DNA from: Eledone cirrhosa
Lineage: Eukaryota
NCBI GenBank assembly: GCA_964016885.1
Contig: OZ024740.1
Span: 336,412,001 to 336,476,000, forward strand
Direction: 5' to 3'
DNA length: 64,000 nt
The position numbers and the translations under genes were made by a program. Below, piece by piece: positions 14,029 through 28,248 of the stretch. How positions within the stretch are numbered: the first letter of the stretch is position 1; each line of letters opens with the position of its first letter. The notes beneath the pieces were generated by a model. That model did not search any database and was not told where the DNA came from. It saw nothing but the letters and a program-made list of their open reading frames with translations.

Positions 14029-14093
14029 TTATGAATAAATAAAATTCTACCCTGTTGACTTGTACTTAATGATTATTATATATACAATATATA

Positions 14094-14124
<31 letters not shown>

Positions 14125-14147
14125 GTGTGTATATATATATATATATA

Positions 14148-14221
<74 letters not shown>

Positions 14222-14258
14222 AGGGTGTTAAAGTTTGCTTGAAGCATTGTGAAATGTG

Positions 14259-15526
14259 TAAAATACGTATTTAAGAAAGCCACAACAATGCAAAGGGAAA
14301 TCTCGAGGTAGGAAGTGAAATATAGATAGGAAAAACAGGTGAAAGTGAAAATTGAGAGAGACAAAGATGAAAACAAAACAAAGGTAGAAGGGTTACCGTA
14401 GTAGAGATTTAATCCCAATATTTCGGGCTCACGCCCATCAACGGGGGAAAAGTTCCAAAAGGGGGGAAACAGGCCAAGCGGAGAAAGTTGTGATGTCGTT
14501 AAGACAGGAATGCCGTTATGGGGAGAAAAAAAATATTTAAAATTTAAACGAGGGAAAGAATGCGCGTGCGCGTGATAGGCTGTGGCAAAAGCTACTGACC
14601 AAATGGGTTAAATCAAGAGGGTGCGTTAGCGTGTGAAAGCCGTAAGATATGTGTATGTAAATATATATGTGTGTGTAACTGTGTGTGTATAAGTGTAAGT
14701 GTGTATATGTGTGAGTGTGTGTGTGTGTGAAAGATAGTGGGCTGTAGAAGTTGGAAATCAAAGGGTGTGAAAGGTGGTAGGTTGTAAAATATGTGTGCGT
14801 GTATAAATATAGATGTGTGTGTGTAAGCGTATGGGTATACATGTGTGTGTAACTGTGTGTGTATATGTGTGAGTGCGTTTGTGTGTGAAATATAGTGGGC
14901 TGTAGAAGCTGGTAATCAAAGGGTGTGAAAGGTGGTAGGTTGTAAAATATGTTAGGTTGTATGTAGGTTGTAAAATATGTAGGTTGTAAAACATATTTTA
15001 CAACCTACCACCTTTCACACCCTTTGATTTCCAACTTCTACAGCCCACTATCTTTCACACACACACACACTCACACATATACACACTTACACTTATACAC
15101 ACACAGTTACACACACATATATATTTACATACACATATCTTACGGCTTTCACACGCTAACGCACCCTCTTGATTTAACCCATTTGGTCAGTAGCTTTTGC
15201 CACAGCCTATCACGCGCACGCGCATTCTTTCCCTCGTTTAAATTTTAAATATTTTTTTTCTCCCCATAACGGCATTCCTGTCTTAACGACATCACAACTT
15301 TCTCCGCTTGGCCTGTTTCCCCCCTTTTGGAACTTTTCCCCCGTTGATGGGCGTGAGCCCGAAATATTGGGATTAAATCTCTACTACGGTAACCCTTCTA
15401 CCTTTGTTTTGTTTTCATCTTTGTCTCTCTCAATTTTCACTTTCACCTGTTTTTCCTATCTATATTTCACTTCCTACCTCGAGATTTCCCTTTGCATTGT
15501 TGTGGCTTTCTTAAATACGTATTTTA
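14259..15526. mobile_element. Large fold-back cassette (~536-bp arms) between (TA)n tracts
   Basis: Arms 14259-14794 / 14991-15526 give matching translations on opposite strands; spacer is a diverged tandem copy of the arm end; degenerate HHR at 15337-15372(+) and 14413-14448(-). Confidence 0.9.
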
Positions 15527-15956
15527 TATATATATATATATATATAAGTTATTTTATTGCAACCAACTGTACTCACAGTTATTTTTCCTACATTTTCTAT
15601 GAACCAAATAATAATAGCTTTGTATATAAATACTGAATTCGATAAGATTGGTGAAATCTGTTTATGGACTGAAACCAAGAAAAGAATACAAAAATAAAAT
15701 AAAATTTAATGTCTTTTTTGTGTCAGGGGCCGTTTGGCTCGTTGGTTAGAGCAGTCAGCTGGTATCTGAAAGATATGGAAATCGACTCTTCAACTCGACC
15801 ACTTTTTCCCCTCTATAAAGGGTCGTTATCTGATTTTTTAAGTTATTTTATAGTAACCAATTGTACTTGCGTCTGTGTTTCCATACATTTTCTATGATCC
15901 TCATAATCTCTCAGCGTTTCGAATGTTTAAGCTTTGAATAATTATTATTAATGTTA

Positions 15957-16546
15957 GGGCGGTGGATTGGCAGTATCGGTAGAGCGTCGGACAACGTGCT
16001 TTACCTTTAATCCTTATGGAGTCGATAAATAAAGTACCAGTAATGCACTAGAGTCGTTTTAATCGACTATCCTCTTCCCCAGAAATGCTGGCTTTGTGCC
16101 TAAATCAGAAACCATTATTATTGTTGATTGAATGGCAAAATCGTGAGAGCATCATACAAAATGGTTTGTGGGATTTATCCCGGCTCTTTACATTCCAAGT
16201 TCAAATCTGGTTGAGATAAACTTTACCCTTCATCCTTCCTAGATCGATAAAATGAAGTACTAATCAAATACTGGGTCAATCTCATTGACTAACCCCACCC
16301 ACAAGCCTTAAAATTGTTGACTTTGTGCCTTGTTTTGAAGACATTATTTCTTATGGGGCGGGTGATTGGCAGTATCGGTAGAGGGTCGGACGCCATGCTT
16401 TGCAGCACAGTTACGTCCCTTTACGGATTGAGTTCAAATCCCGCCGAGGTTAACTTTGCCTTTCATCCTTATGGGGTCGATAAAATAAAGTACCAGTAAT
16501 ACACTGGGATAATTGCTGGCCTTGTGCCAAAAGTAGAAACAATTAT
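15957..16546 (+). mobile_element. Three tandem tRNA-derived SINEs (family A)
   Basis: Heads ggcggtggattggcagtatcggtagagcgtcggac; B-box gagttcaaatcc; core ctttcatcct..gtcgataaaataaagtaccagt; tail aaacaattatt. Confidence 0.8.
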
Positions 16547-16578
16547 TTATTTTGGGGGTGTTGTTATTATTATTATTA

Positions 16579-16619
<41 letters not shown>

Positions 16620-16631
16620 GTTATTGTTATT

Positions 16632-17711
16632 CCTTGAATCTCAGTCATTGATGTTGGTTAACTGGAAAGTCCGTTGGATTGAATATCAAGCCACTACCTG
16701 CAGCCTCAGATATTCAGGACGTATCGGAGGGTTCTTGCCGTTCCAAGCAAGCATGCCTTTTGAAGCGTTCCAAAAAGCGTGAAGGGGCCGATTTTCTTTA
16801 ACCATCCCTGGAAACCTTTGGAGATAGTCCCCAGTGCGCCTATGACAATCGGGATCACTTTGACTTCATGGCAGTTCCAAATCCTTTTCACCTCCCACTT
16901 TAGGTCCTGGTATCGGTTAATTTTCTCCCTCTCCTTCTCTTGCACTCTCGTGTCGAACGGGCAGGCCACATCCACAATCAGGCACGATCTTTTTTCTTTG
17001 TCCACAACCACCAGGTCAGGTCTATTGTGTTCCAGTTTTTTGTCCGTCTGTATCCTAAAATCCCACAGCACCTTCACCTGACTGTTCTCCATCACCGCCT
17101 CTGGCCTATGCTCATACCATTTCTCAGAATGTGGTAGATTGTTTACTTTGCACAGGTGCCAGTGGATCACCCTGCCCATCACATCGTGTCTCCAGCCCTT
17201 ATAGTGGGTCTGGGCTAGGTGTTTACACTCGGACACAATGTGAGCCACAGTCTCCTCTCTCTCTCCACAGATCCTGCACAGTGGGCTAGCCTCCTCCTTG
17301 TAGATATGGTGCTTCAACCACTTCGTTTTGAGGGCCTGCTCCTGCGCAGCCATTAGCATTCCTTCTGTAGCCTTTTTGAGGTCTCCTCTTCTCAACCAGT
17401 TCCATGTCTGTGGATCTCTAAATTCAGTTTTCTCAAAGAAGGTACTATGAAGGGATTTTCCCTTAAGGCTGCTCTTCCTCCTTGATGTTATTTCCTCCTT
17501 GGATATCCCCTGGCCTACTGTCCCCTCCTTCAGTACAGCTCTGAGCATTGGCTCCTTACTATAGGTCACGTATTTGTATAGGTTGTTTTTCTCCATCTGA
17601 ACACAGTCCTCTATGCTGATAAGACCTCTTCCACCCTCAGATCTCCTTAGGTAGAGTCTATCGACATCACTCCTCTTGTGGAACATGTTGTAGATAGTCA
17701 ATAGCTTCCTA
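16632..17711 (-). mobile_element. 5'-truncated R4/Dong-type (restriction-like endonuclease) non-LTR retrotransposon in (TAA)n
   Basis: Flanked by (TTA)n on both sides; open frame to stop at 16706; ~75-bp 3'UTR. Confidence 0.9.
16706..17711 (-). CDS. C-terminal part of R4/Dong-like RT protein: CCHC knuckle plus PD-(D/E)xK endonuclease
   Basis: RLYLRRSEGGRGL, AAQEQAL, CRICG..ETVAHIVSEC, RHD, RPDLVVVD..IVDVACP..KINRY..GALG; the ORF-track N-terminal poly-I is the TAA repeat. Confidence 0.9.
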
Positions 17712-17712
17712 C

Positions 17713-17777
<65 letters not shown>

Positions 17778-19407
17778 ACAGTCGTACAACTTGCCACTCT
17801 GTGTAATTTGGATACTTACAACGCATAACTGAAGAAAATAACAGTTACTTAATATTTTCTTCGGAGGACTCTTCTGGACTTCTCACTCATGCTGGGGAGA
17901 AACAAGCTTCATCATTTTATAAACTTTTAAGCATAATTATATTCAACACAAGATAGCTTTTAGAGTTAGAGACAACACACACCGTGTAACTCAATTGTAA
18001 GCAACAACCTAAAAAGAGGTGGGGCAAACAAATTAAATTACACCGCAGAACGTAAACATTTCACAAGGACGAAAAAAATAATTCCTTTTTTGTCAGAAAG
18101 CAATATAAGCTCGAACACTCGCAGCGATAAGCAACTGTGCTAACAATAATGGATATATGTGTACACGCACGAACACACAGATTTTGTCAATCCAAAATAA
18201 TTCTGGAATGTTTAATGTCAGCAGCAAAAGTAGAAATTTAGCTTCGAGCTGTGCTAACGCTAGCAGCAACAGAGGAGTTTAAGATATTGGCCATCTAGCG
18301 GAAATTATTTGGCAGCACTTAGAGCATTTTTGCCTGCAGCCATCACACAAACTTGAAAAAAAAAGAGAAAGTGGCTTATTTGTGTTTATCCGAAGTTACT
18401 GGTGCTTTCAAAAGATCTATTCAGGAGAACCTTATTCGGTACATCAAGTGAGATCTTTATCGCATGGGGCAGGTAGTTTATATACATTGTCTCTAAGATT
18501 TAGGAAAAGGTGACTATGAAAAATGGATAAGTGTGACCCATGCATGTCCGAAGTTAGCCCTCCCTCTCTTCCCCAATATATGGGATAGTGTAAAATATAT
18601 GAAAGACAACGCTGACCCCTTAGTTATCATTTCTGTGGCTCAATATAGGACGTTGGTGAGCGTAGACATAATAATTAGGTATGTGTGATTGTGTCGGATA
18701 TTTAAAATCATTCAAGTTTTGATTACCCTCGGAAGACCACAAAGTGATTCGAGAAGTATTTCCCGTAGCGGATTCGGAGAGAAGGGCTTTATGATTGATA
18801 AATGCAGCACAGAAAACCCATCGGCTACACATGTGACAGTAAGGGTCACTTAATGGTTTACTGGCCAGGAGAAATTGAAAAAGAAGGGAAAGTGGCGGCA
18901 AAGAGTATAACAGTGGATCAGCGACGCTGCTATTATCATGGCACTACAGTCACTACTTTGAAAAAAGCAAAGATCGCCTTGTCCTCCGTCTCTATAGCTG
19001 ATAAGGAAACGACCTGGGAGACAACGACCAAGAAGTCCAGGATCAAGGAACTAAAACTCCACCTTCTTCTAGTAGGAGAACCATATGATCTTGTGACAAT
19101 GGGAATGGAATTGAAACAGGAAAAGGATGGCAAAATATCGGAGAGAAACAACAAACAAAAACAAGAAACTGAAGCAAAATGTGTACAAAAGACAAGAAGA
19201 TTATGCCCTACAGAAGTTTTTACGGAAGAACGTTGATTACCTAACCAATATAATGTTTGAGTTGAAATATAATTATTCAGTTAGGTTTATTAGACACAAA
19301 GTATGGAACCATTACCAGACACTGCGAAAAGACGATACTCAGCATCTGTATGCCTTTGAAAGATTATGGCACCAGAAGATGTATGGCCCTGACTCAAACA
19401 AAAGTGC

Positions 19408-20227
<820 letters not shown>

Positions 20228-20349
20228 ACACACACACACACACGCACACACATATATATATATATATGTGTGTGTGTATCCAAAGTGAACTAAAATCGAT
20301 AAGTTCTTGTTTTGTTTTTTGGATATGTCAATATTTATAAAACATTTTG

Positions 20350-20410
20350 TATTTTATCTGATGAGAACGTACCAAAACGTTGGTACCCTTGAAATATATA
20401 TAATAATATA
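20350..20410 (+). ncRNA. Type I hammerhead ribozyme
   Basis: tattttat-CTGATGA-gaac gtaccaa aacg ttggtac cctt-GAAA-tatata-TA-ataatata. Confidence 0.75.
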
Positions 20411-20579
20411 TAATAGAATAAATATAGTTTTATAAATATAGTTTCCATTTATTTATATCATTGATATATATGTGTATGTATGTACATTCACACGCATATA
20501 TACATATATATATATATGTATATATGGGTTATATCGAACATTATTATTAATGTTCGATATAACCCATATGTACATGATA

Positions 20580-20714
20580 ATAACGATGACAACGATGTTA
20601 ATGTAGATTGTGATGATAAGGATGATGATGATGACGACGACGATGATGATGATGATGATGATGACGATAGCGATTGTGATGATGATGATGATGATGATGA
20701 TGTCAACGAGGATA

Positions 20715-20770
<56 letters not shown>

Positions 20771-20798
20771 AAAGATTATGACGATGACGACGATGATA

Positions 20799-20852
<54 letters not shown>

Positions 20853-20984
20853 GTGATTATGATAATGATGATGATGATGATGATGATGGTGATTATGATG
20901 ATGATGATGATGATGATGACGACGACGACTACGACGAAGTAGATGATGATAATGATGATGATGATGATGATGATGGTGATGATA

Positions 20985-21018
<34 letters not shown>

Positions 21019-21098
21019 CGATGACGATGACGATGACGACGACGACGACGACGAAGTAGATGATGATGATGATGATGATGATGCTGATGATGATGATG
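20580..21098. repeat. (GAT)n/(GAC)n tract
   Basis: Direct reading. Confidence 0.95.
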
Positions 21099-21509
21099 TA
21101 TTTAAATTATGTAGAACAAATTGAAGATATTTGGATATTTCCTCCCAAATTCATTATTGTCAAACATTTCGCTACTTGAATAATCTATTTGATTAATTTC
21201 TTCACAATTATTTCAAATATAAAGTTATTCATTTACGCCATCAATATTAATTCAATTAACAGCAATCTACTTATTAATTACCAGCCATAACATAAACAGA
21301 CTTCACATTATTATCAAAATACAATAATTGAAAATGTTTCAGATTTCTTCTTTACGTATGTGTCTTTTGAAAATAACATTGCGTGTTTATGATAATGTAA
21401 GTGTCTGGGTATGAGTGTATGTATGTGTGTATGTATTAATATACACAATACATATATGTGTATGTGTGTATCTGTGTGCTTGTGTAGGTGTATTTGTGGG
21501 GCGTATATA

Positions 21510-22117
<608 letters not shown>

Positions 22118-22207
22118 TATAAATTATGTCCATAGAATCATTTAATAAGATATATACTCCATTTCCTCTCCCAATTAGCATAATCAACCACACACAAATA
22201 TATATAC

Positions 22208-22241
<34 letters not shown>

Positions 22242-22560
22242 GGGTGGTGTGTGTCTTTAGAAATTAGCATTAATGCAAACAATTAAGATTTTTTAAAATA
22301 TAAATTATATGTATGTGTCTGTATGTATTGAAATGTAGTTTGTTGACGAAAGAGGAAGAGAGTCTTCGTTACATTTATTTAAATTGGATTTTATTTTTGC
22401 TTCTGGCACGAGTTTCATGCTACTGTGATCTTCAGACAAATATCGCAGTTGACGTGAAACTCGTGTCACCAGAAAAGAATTCAGTTTGGGTCAGTGGTGA
22501 TACTATAAATTATATATGTTCGGATAAGTAAACATGTAATTCATTATTACTGGAAATACA

Positions 22561-22781
22561 GGGCGGGGGATTGGCAGTATCGGTATAGCGTCGGACAACA
22601 TGCTCTGTGGCATATTGTTACGGCACTTTACGTTCTGAGTTCAAATCCCACCGAGGTTAGCTTTGCCTTTCATCCTTCCATGGTCGATAAAATAAAGTAC
22701 CAGTAACGCACTGGGGTAGATTTAATCAACTTTTCCATTTCCATTCAAATGACTGGCTTTGTGCCAAATGTAGAAACTATT
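22561..22781 (+). mobile_element. Full-length SINE (family A)
   Basis: tRNA-like head, gagttcaaatcc B-box, core and tail. Confidence 0.8.
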
Positions 22782-23094
22782 GTTACATGAATGCAATAGA
22801 TACATGACATTCACTGAACCTAGAGATTGTCAGTTGTCTCTTAGTTAAACTATTATAGAAGCAATTGCCTTCCTTTTACAGACAGAGATGTCTGAGAAAT
22901 ATCCGGGAATTGTAACACAGTGAACTAAATGGGGGTAGCTCTAAGTGGATTGGCCTACAAGCAAGGGGTGGTCCCCTTCTCAAGCAATGTTGAGAATCGT
23001 GGGTATAATCACTAACGAGAAATAATATATGATATAAATTGTATCAAAGAGTAAATTCATAAAATTCGGTTGGGCAATGCTGCCTTGCATTATT

Positions 23095-23284
23095 GGTGGA
23101 TTGGCAGTATCGGTAGAGGGTCGGACGCCATGCTTTCCAGCATAGAGTTACGTCCCTTTACAGTCTGAGTTCAAATCCCTCGAGCTTAACTTTACCTTTC
23201 ATACTTACTGGGTCGATAAAATAAAGTACCGGTAATGCACTGGGATAATTTCTGGTCTTGTTCCAAAAGTAGAAACAATTATTA
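23095..23284 (+). mobile_element. Full-length SINE (family A)
   Basis: Same head, B-box, core and tail. Confidence 0.8.
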
Positions 23285-23565
23285 AAACTACATTATAGGC
23301 TCTGTATACCAATGACCAGGCTAGCATGAATGGACAAGGATGAGGTCATCCTAATTTTAACAATACCTCTATCAAAGACCATGCCACAGTAGTGGTTGGG
23401 GATGATAGAAATAATGTACTGCATATATACTTACTTGATCATATATGAAACTTATAGCAATCGCAGTTTCATATAGGCAGAGTGAATCCGCATGAAAATT
23501 AAATAGTTACCGCTATTTTTTTTAACGTTGAGGTCTCCTTTTTGTTATATGACACTTAATCAAAC

Positions 23566-23684
<119 letters not shown>

Positions 23685-24930
23685 TTCTGAGTTCTAATAC
23701 CCCTGAGGTCCACTTCGTTTTTCATCCTTTCGGTGCCGATAAAGGTTTGAGGGAGTAAGAGTCAAGCGAGTGTTTGTTTGCTCGTGACAGCATCAGCACC
23801 TAAAGCCCTTACCCAAAGCATGCCACATGCTATCAAGTCATACCCGATTGCAAGAGACGGTTGTAGTTTTTTTTTTAAAATTAATCCTTATATCTACCAT
23901 ACCACTCCTACTATCCTTAACATGCACTGCCATGGAGTGAAATGAAAACGAAAATTAAAAAATTGTTTGTTTTGTTTTGATTTGATTTTTTTTTGGGGGG
24001 GGGTGATGTTTAGTCAGGAAGGGAAGGACAATATCCACGGTCCTTTTTCTGTGCTTCCTAACAGTTTAAGCAAGTGGAAGAAATCCTCAAGCCGAATGAC
24101 TAGCCCGAATAGTTGCAAAAGCGCAGGCTCTGCTAAAGACTCCCAAGGGCCAAGTGATAGTGTTAAACCAGACGCCTGATTAAATTTATCCTCCAGGTAG
24201 GCTCAAGCGAAATTCAAAATCAGAATGCAAAAAACATATGGGACTAATTCTGCATGATATCCCGATTGACATTATAACAATTTCAAACCTGTACTATATT
24301 TTCTTGACTCCCAAAAGGAGAGGAAATAAAATTAAACTCAAAGGCTTTGAACTCAGATTTCAGAGAAGCGGAATCTATCACAATGTATTTTTTCCTACGC
24401 TCTAACGACTCTGCTAATCCACTGACTATCGATAATAAAATACGGTGTGGTGAGGAAAAAAAACTGATCATCTAACTCCAGTTGACAGTAAAGAGTCGGC
24501 CATTAGTCACTGCAGTGCTTCCACAGTTATTCCATCGTTTGATATTTATCAAATATGACAGTGTTCTATATCTTCCTCGTGTTGTTTACACCACCAACAC
24601 CAACACCACCACTCCACGCAACCAGTAAATCTGAGGTCACTTAACAGCCTCTCACCACTTTCACCATCCTCATCACTATCACTTCCATCACCACTGACAA
24701 CGACACCAACATCGCCACCGCGACCACCACTGCGTGAGTACTTAGCTGGGTACCGAGGAGAATGGTTGAATACTTAACTATCGATATTTACATCACACTA
24801 ATGTAATTAGCGGAACGCTGCATTTTGTGAATTCAAAATCACACGGCTGTCGTTCACACGTACACCAGCAACACACTGCCGGATTACATGAATAATATAT
24901 AAGCAACTGCACGTAGAACAGAGAAAAGCT

Positions 24931-25050
24931 TATTTGGAATTGAAATGAGAATGCTGGTTTCCAAATGTCTTACTACTACTATTTCTATTACTACCACCAT
25001 CACTACATCTACTACCTCTACAATTACTACTACTACTGCTGCTGCTACTA

Positions 25051-25091
<41 letters not shown>

Positions 25092-25161
25092 AATACACGA
25101 GGACCGAATGTAGGTGATCTTATTTGGGAATTGAAATCTGGATGCTAGTTTGCAAATATCT

Positions 25162-25192
<31 letters not shown>

Positions 25193-25199
25193 GCTGCTT

Positions 25200-25237
<38 letters not shown>

Positions 25238-25345
25238 ATTAATATTAATATAATGCTGCTGCTGTTGTTACTGCTAAATCGGGACTCGAACGTGAGCTCA
25301 TCTAGAATTGAAATTAGGATTCTAGTTTTCAAATATCTTAATACT
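24931..25345. repeat. Three diverged ~185-bp direct repeats with internal (ACT)n/(GCT)n
   Basis: gaattgaaat..gatgctagttt.caaatatctta.tact at ~24931, 25121, 25301. Confidence 0.7.
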
Positions 25346-25372
25346 AACATAAAATATTACTCTTACTACTAC

Positions 25373-25407
<35 letters not shown>

Positions 25408-25626
25408 ATACCAGAGCCAGAACAACTACTACGAAAACCACAGCTACCACCACCACCACCACCACCACTACTACTACTATTACTACTACTATTATATTTT
25501 TACACTCGTTGAGCTGTTGCTATGATGAAAATTCAGTTAAGAGTATATAAAATTCCACATCTTATAACATTACAAAGTGAAACGAAATTATAAAGATGCA
25601 GTTGCATTATGCATGAAATATAGATA

Positions 25627-25720
25627 CAGTCAAACCTGCGTTATCCGAACATCGTTATACGAATTGTTATAATCTGAACACAAGATCATTGTCCCATACA
25701 TATCGTTTGTAACTCGAACT
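25627..25720 (+). mobile_element. Pogo/Tigger-like terminal fragment
   Basis: ta|CAGTCAAACCTGCGTTATCCGAAC with repeated tancgaa motifs; no partner TIR seen. Confidence 0.45.
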
Positions 25721-26156
25721 TGAAAATGATACTGGTGCTACCATTTCGTCTGTTGTTTACAATGATAAAAATAAATTCTGAATTACTGAAGAACATGTAA
25801 AAACATTAAATGAAACAGATTGCAGTGATACTGGTGTCTCGATCACCTCTTTAGCTTTTAGTTATTAAAAGTACCACCTGTATATTCAGTCCTTTCGTTT
25901 CATCTCAGACGCTCATTTTAAACAGCGTTAAAATAACCTGAAAATATAGTCACCACAATGCAGAAAACTATAATTATAGTTGATAACTTTAAATAATACT
26001 TGAATAAATCTAGTGAAATATCCCTGGAAATCATGTTCACTTTTTCCATCTCCATAAGTACCTTATCCGATGGGAGGGTTGTGGGTAATGGCGTAAGAGC
26101 CACAGAAGGAAGAACAAAGAGTGGGAGAGAGAAAGAAAGTGGAATATATATATATA

Positions 26157-26263
26157 CGGCAGTCGGGGTCTTGAACATTTTCCTATTACCCACTAATACC
26201 CTAAGTATTGAGTACTCTGGTGCGTTATGGTCCACCTGGTTCCTTACTACACTTCCTTCGTTA
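26157..26263 (+). mobile_element. 3' end fragment of PLE-like family P in (TA)n
   Basis: gtcggggtc..ctaagtattgagtactctggtgcgttatggtccacctggttccttac..cttcgt(ta)n; homologous to 28248, 41580, 60994. Confidence 0.7.
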
Positions 26264-26413
26264 TATATATATTTAAAGGTTAAACAAGGTTCAATGAATA
26301 AATCAAAGAATGAGTTTTACAATAGATTGGAAGCACTCAATAGATATGGTTTTCCGGAGTTATTAATATTAATTCAAAATATTAACAAAAATAGACATTC
26401 GTGTGATCAAGTA

Positions 26414-26480
26414 TATTTTATTATACATATTTCAGAGGTACTGAGCTATCTTCAACAGTACGTCCTCATCAGATAAAATA
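26414..26480 (-). ncRNA. Type I hammerhead ribozyme
   Basis: Reverse complement of 26570-26636. Confidence 0.8.
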
Positions 26481-26569
26481 AGATGATTCATGACATACCC
26501 TGACTTAGTAGATGGTTAAGATTCAGTCTCTTAACCATCTACTAAGTCAGGGTATGTCATGCATCATCT

Positions 26570-26636
26570 TATTTTATCTGATGAGGACGTACTGTTGAAG
26601 ATAGCTCAGTACCTCTGAAATATGTATAATAAAATA
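26570..26636 (+). ncRNA. Type I hammerhead ribozyme, canonical core
   Basis: tattttat-CTGATGA-ggac gtactg..cagtac ctct-GAAA-tatgta-TA-ataaaata (perfect 8-bp stem I). Confidence 0.8.
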
Positions 26637-26787
26637 TACTTGATCACACGAATGTCTATTTTTGTTAATATTTTGAATTAATATATATATATATATATAT
26701 ATTAATTCAAAATGTTAATATTTTGAATTAATATATATATATATATTAATTCAAAATATTAACAAAAATAGACATTCGTGTAATCAA

Positions 26788-26816
<29 letters not shown>

Positions 26817-26820
<4 letters not shown>

Positions 26821-28217
26821 AAATGTTATAGCGATCAAATTTTAGTTTAGAACATTTATTTGCTGACAATTATTTCTTCCAGAGGGAAGTCTGGAATCAT
26901 CGTAGCATAGGGAATGTTGAAACGTGTAACTAAAATCCTAGTCATTTGGAACATTTAGGGTAGATAATTGTTTTTAGTGTCAAAGGCATCATGTGGAGAG
27001 TCAGGAGTTAAAAAGATGTTTTGCTTGAAAAAACACAATTACAGGCAGCACTGGTTGAGAGTGTAATTTGTATAAGCGAAAATCACAAGCAAAAAAAATA
27101 TTCAGGGAACAAAATGCAGGGGAAAAAAAGTTACAAGCAAGGAAAATACAGTGCAGGAGTCAATACAGTCAATAAGGCATGTATGAGGAAAGAGTTATAA
27201 TGCAGTTAATTACCTCCCTTTGTTATTAACCCCCTTTACAACTTCCTGTGTAAACTCATAAAATTAAGCATAAAACTCATAAAATTAAGCAACCTAACGG
27301 GTTACCAGCAGCTTAATAACGGTTAATACAAACCCTAGAAAAGATAATTTGTAGATAAAAAATGCATAAGATAATATACCTACAATAACAACATGGCCAG
27401 TAATTCGGTGGAATTTACATTTAACAAACACCTATTGACTATAAACGACTCAAAATAATCCCATAGTTAATAGCTGTGAATAACAAACAACATACACACC
27501 TACATACGAACTACAACACAAAAACACTTGAATTAAAATCACATATCCAACTCTATCACGTGCTTTGCATTACACCTTACATAACAAATACCTGCATTAT
27601 CACCACATGCCTCTCTAACAAATTGCACACTATCTTTAACATTTATAACAATTATAACATGATTTAACACCCCACACAAAATATGTTTATTTCAACTGCA
27701 TTATAACTCTTTCCTCATACATGCCTTATTGACTGTATTGACTCCTACATTGTGCACCAATTTTCCTTGCTTGTAACTTTTTTTTTCCCTGCATTTTGTT
27801 CCCTGAATATTTATTTTGCTTGTGCGTTTCGCTTATACATCTTACACTCTCAACCAGTGCTGCCTGTAATTGTGTTCTCTAAAGCATAACACCGTGTTAA
27901 CTCCTGACTCTCCACATGATGTCTATGACACTAACAACGATTATGTACCCTAAATGTTCTGAATGACTAGGATTTTAGTCACATGTTTCGACATTCCCTA
28001 TGCTCCGATGAATCCAGACTTCCCTCTGGAAGAAACAATTGTCAGCAAATAAATGTTCTAAACTAAAATTTGATCGTTTTAACACTTTGTATCTCGGCTC
28101 TGTAAAACACTTGAAAATTTGCATTGAGCCTTTTGTCATACCGGTAATCGGCTAGTACTTGTACTACCCTCCATATTTATAGTTGTATCAAACATATATA
28201 AATATAAATATTCTTAT

Positions 28218-28220
<3 letters not shown>
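26817..28220. mobile_element. Older fold-back cassette (~390-bp diverged arms, ~490-bp spacer) with an HHR in both arms
   Basis: Arms 26817-27207 / 27694-28091 with many substitutions; right side continues to (TA)n at ~28221. Confidence 0.85.
28001..28047 (+). ncRNA. Hammerhead (U4C variant); mirror copy at 26861-26907 on minus
   Basis: tgct-CCGATGA-atccag acttccct ctggaa-GAAA-caattg-TC-agca. Confidence 0.65.

Positions 28221-28247
<27 letters not shown>

Positions 28248-28248
<1 letters not shown>

Larger units (their letters stand above)
26366..26684. mobile_element. Near-perfect palindrome (156-bp arms, 7-nt loop) with an HHR on each strand
   Basis: Arms 26366-26521 / 26529-26684, one mismatch noticed; extra end copies at 26700-26790. 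Confidence 0.9.

Noticed and set aside
15957-16546. tRNA genes
   Set aside because: Only SINE heads with A/B-box remnants; no complete cloverleaf
20480-21124. Asp-rich acidic protein
   Set aside because: Pure (GAT)n tract starting from a TA microsatellite
25783-25830. Hammerhead (CTGAAGA..GAAA)
   Set aside because: No UH cleavage triplet and no convincing stems I/II
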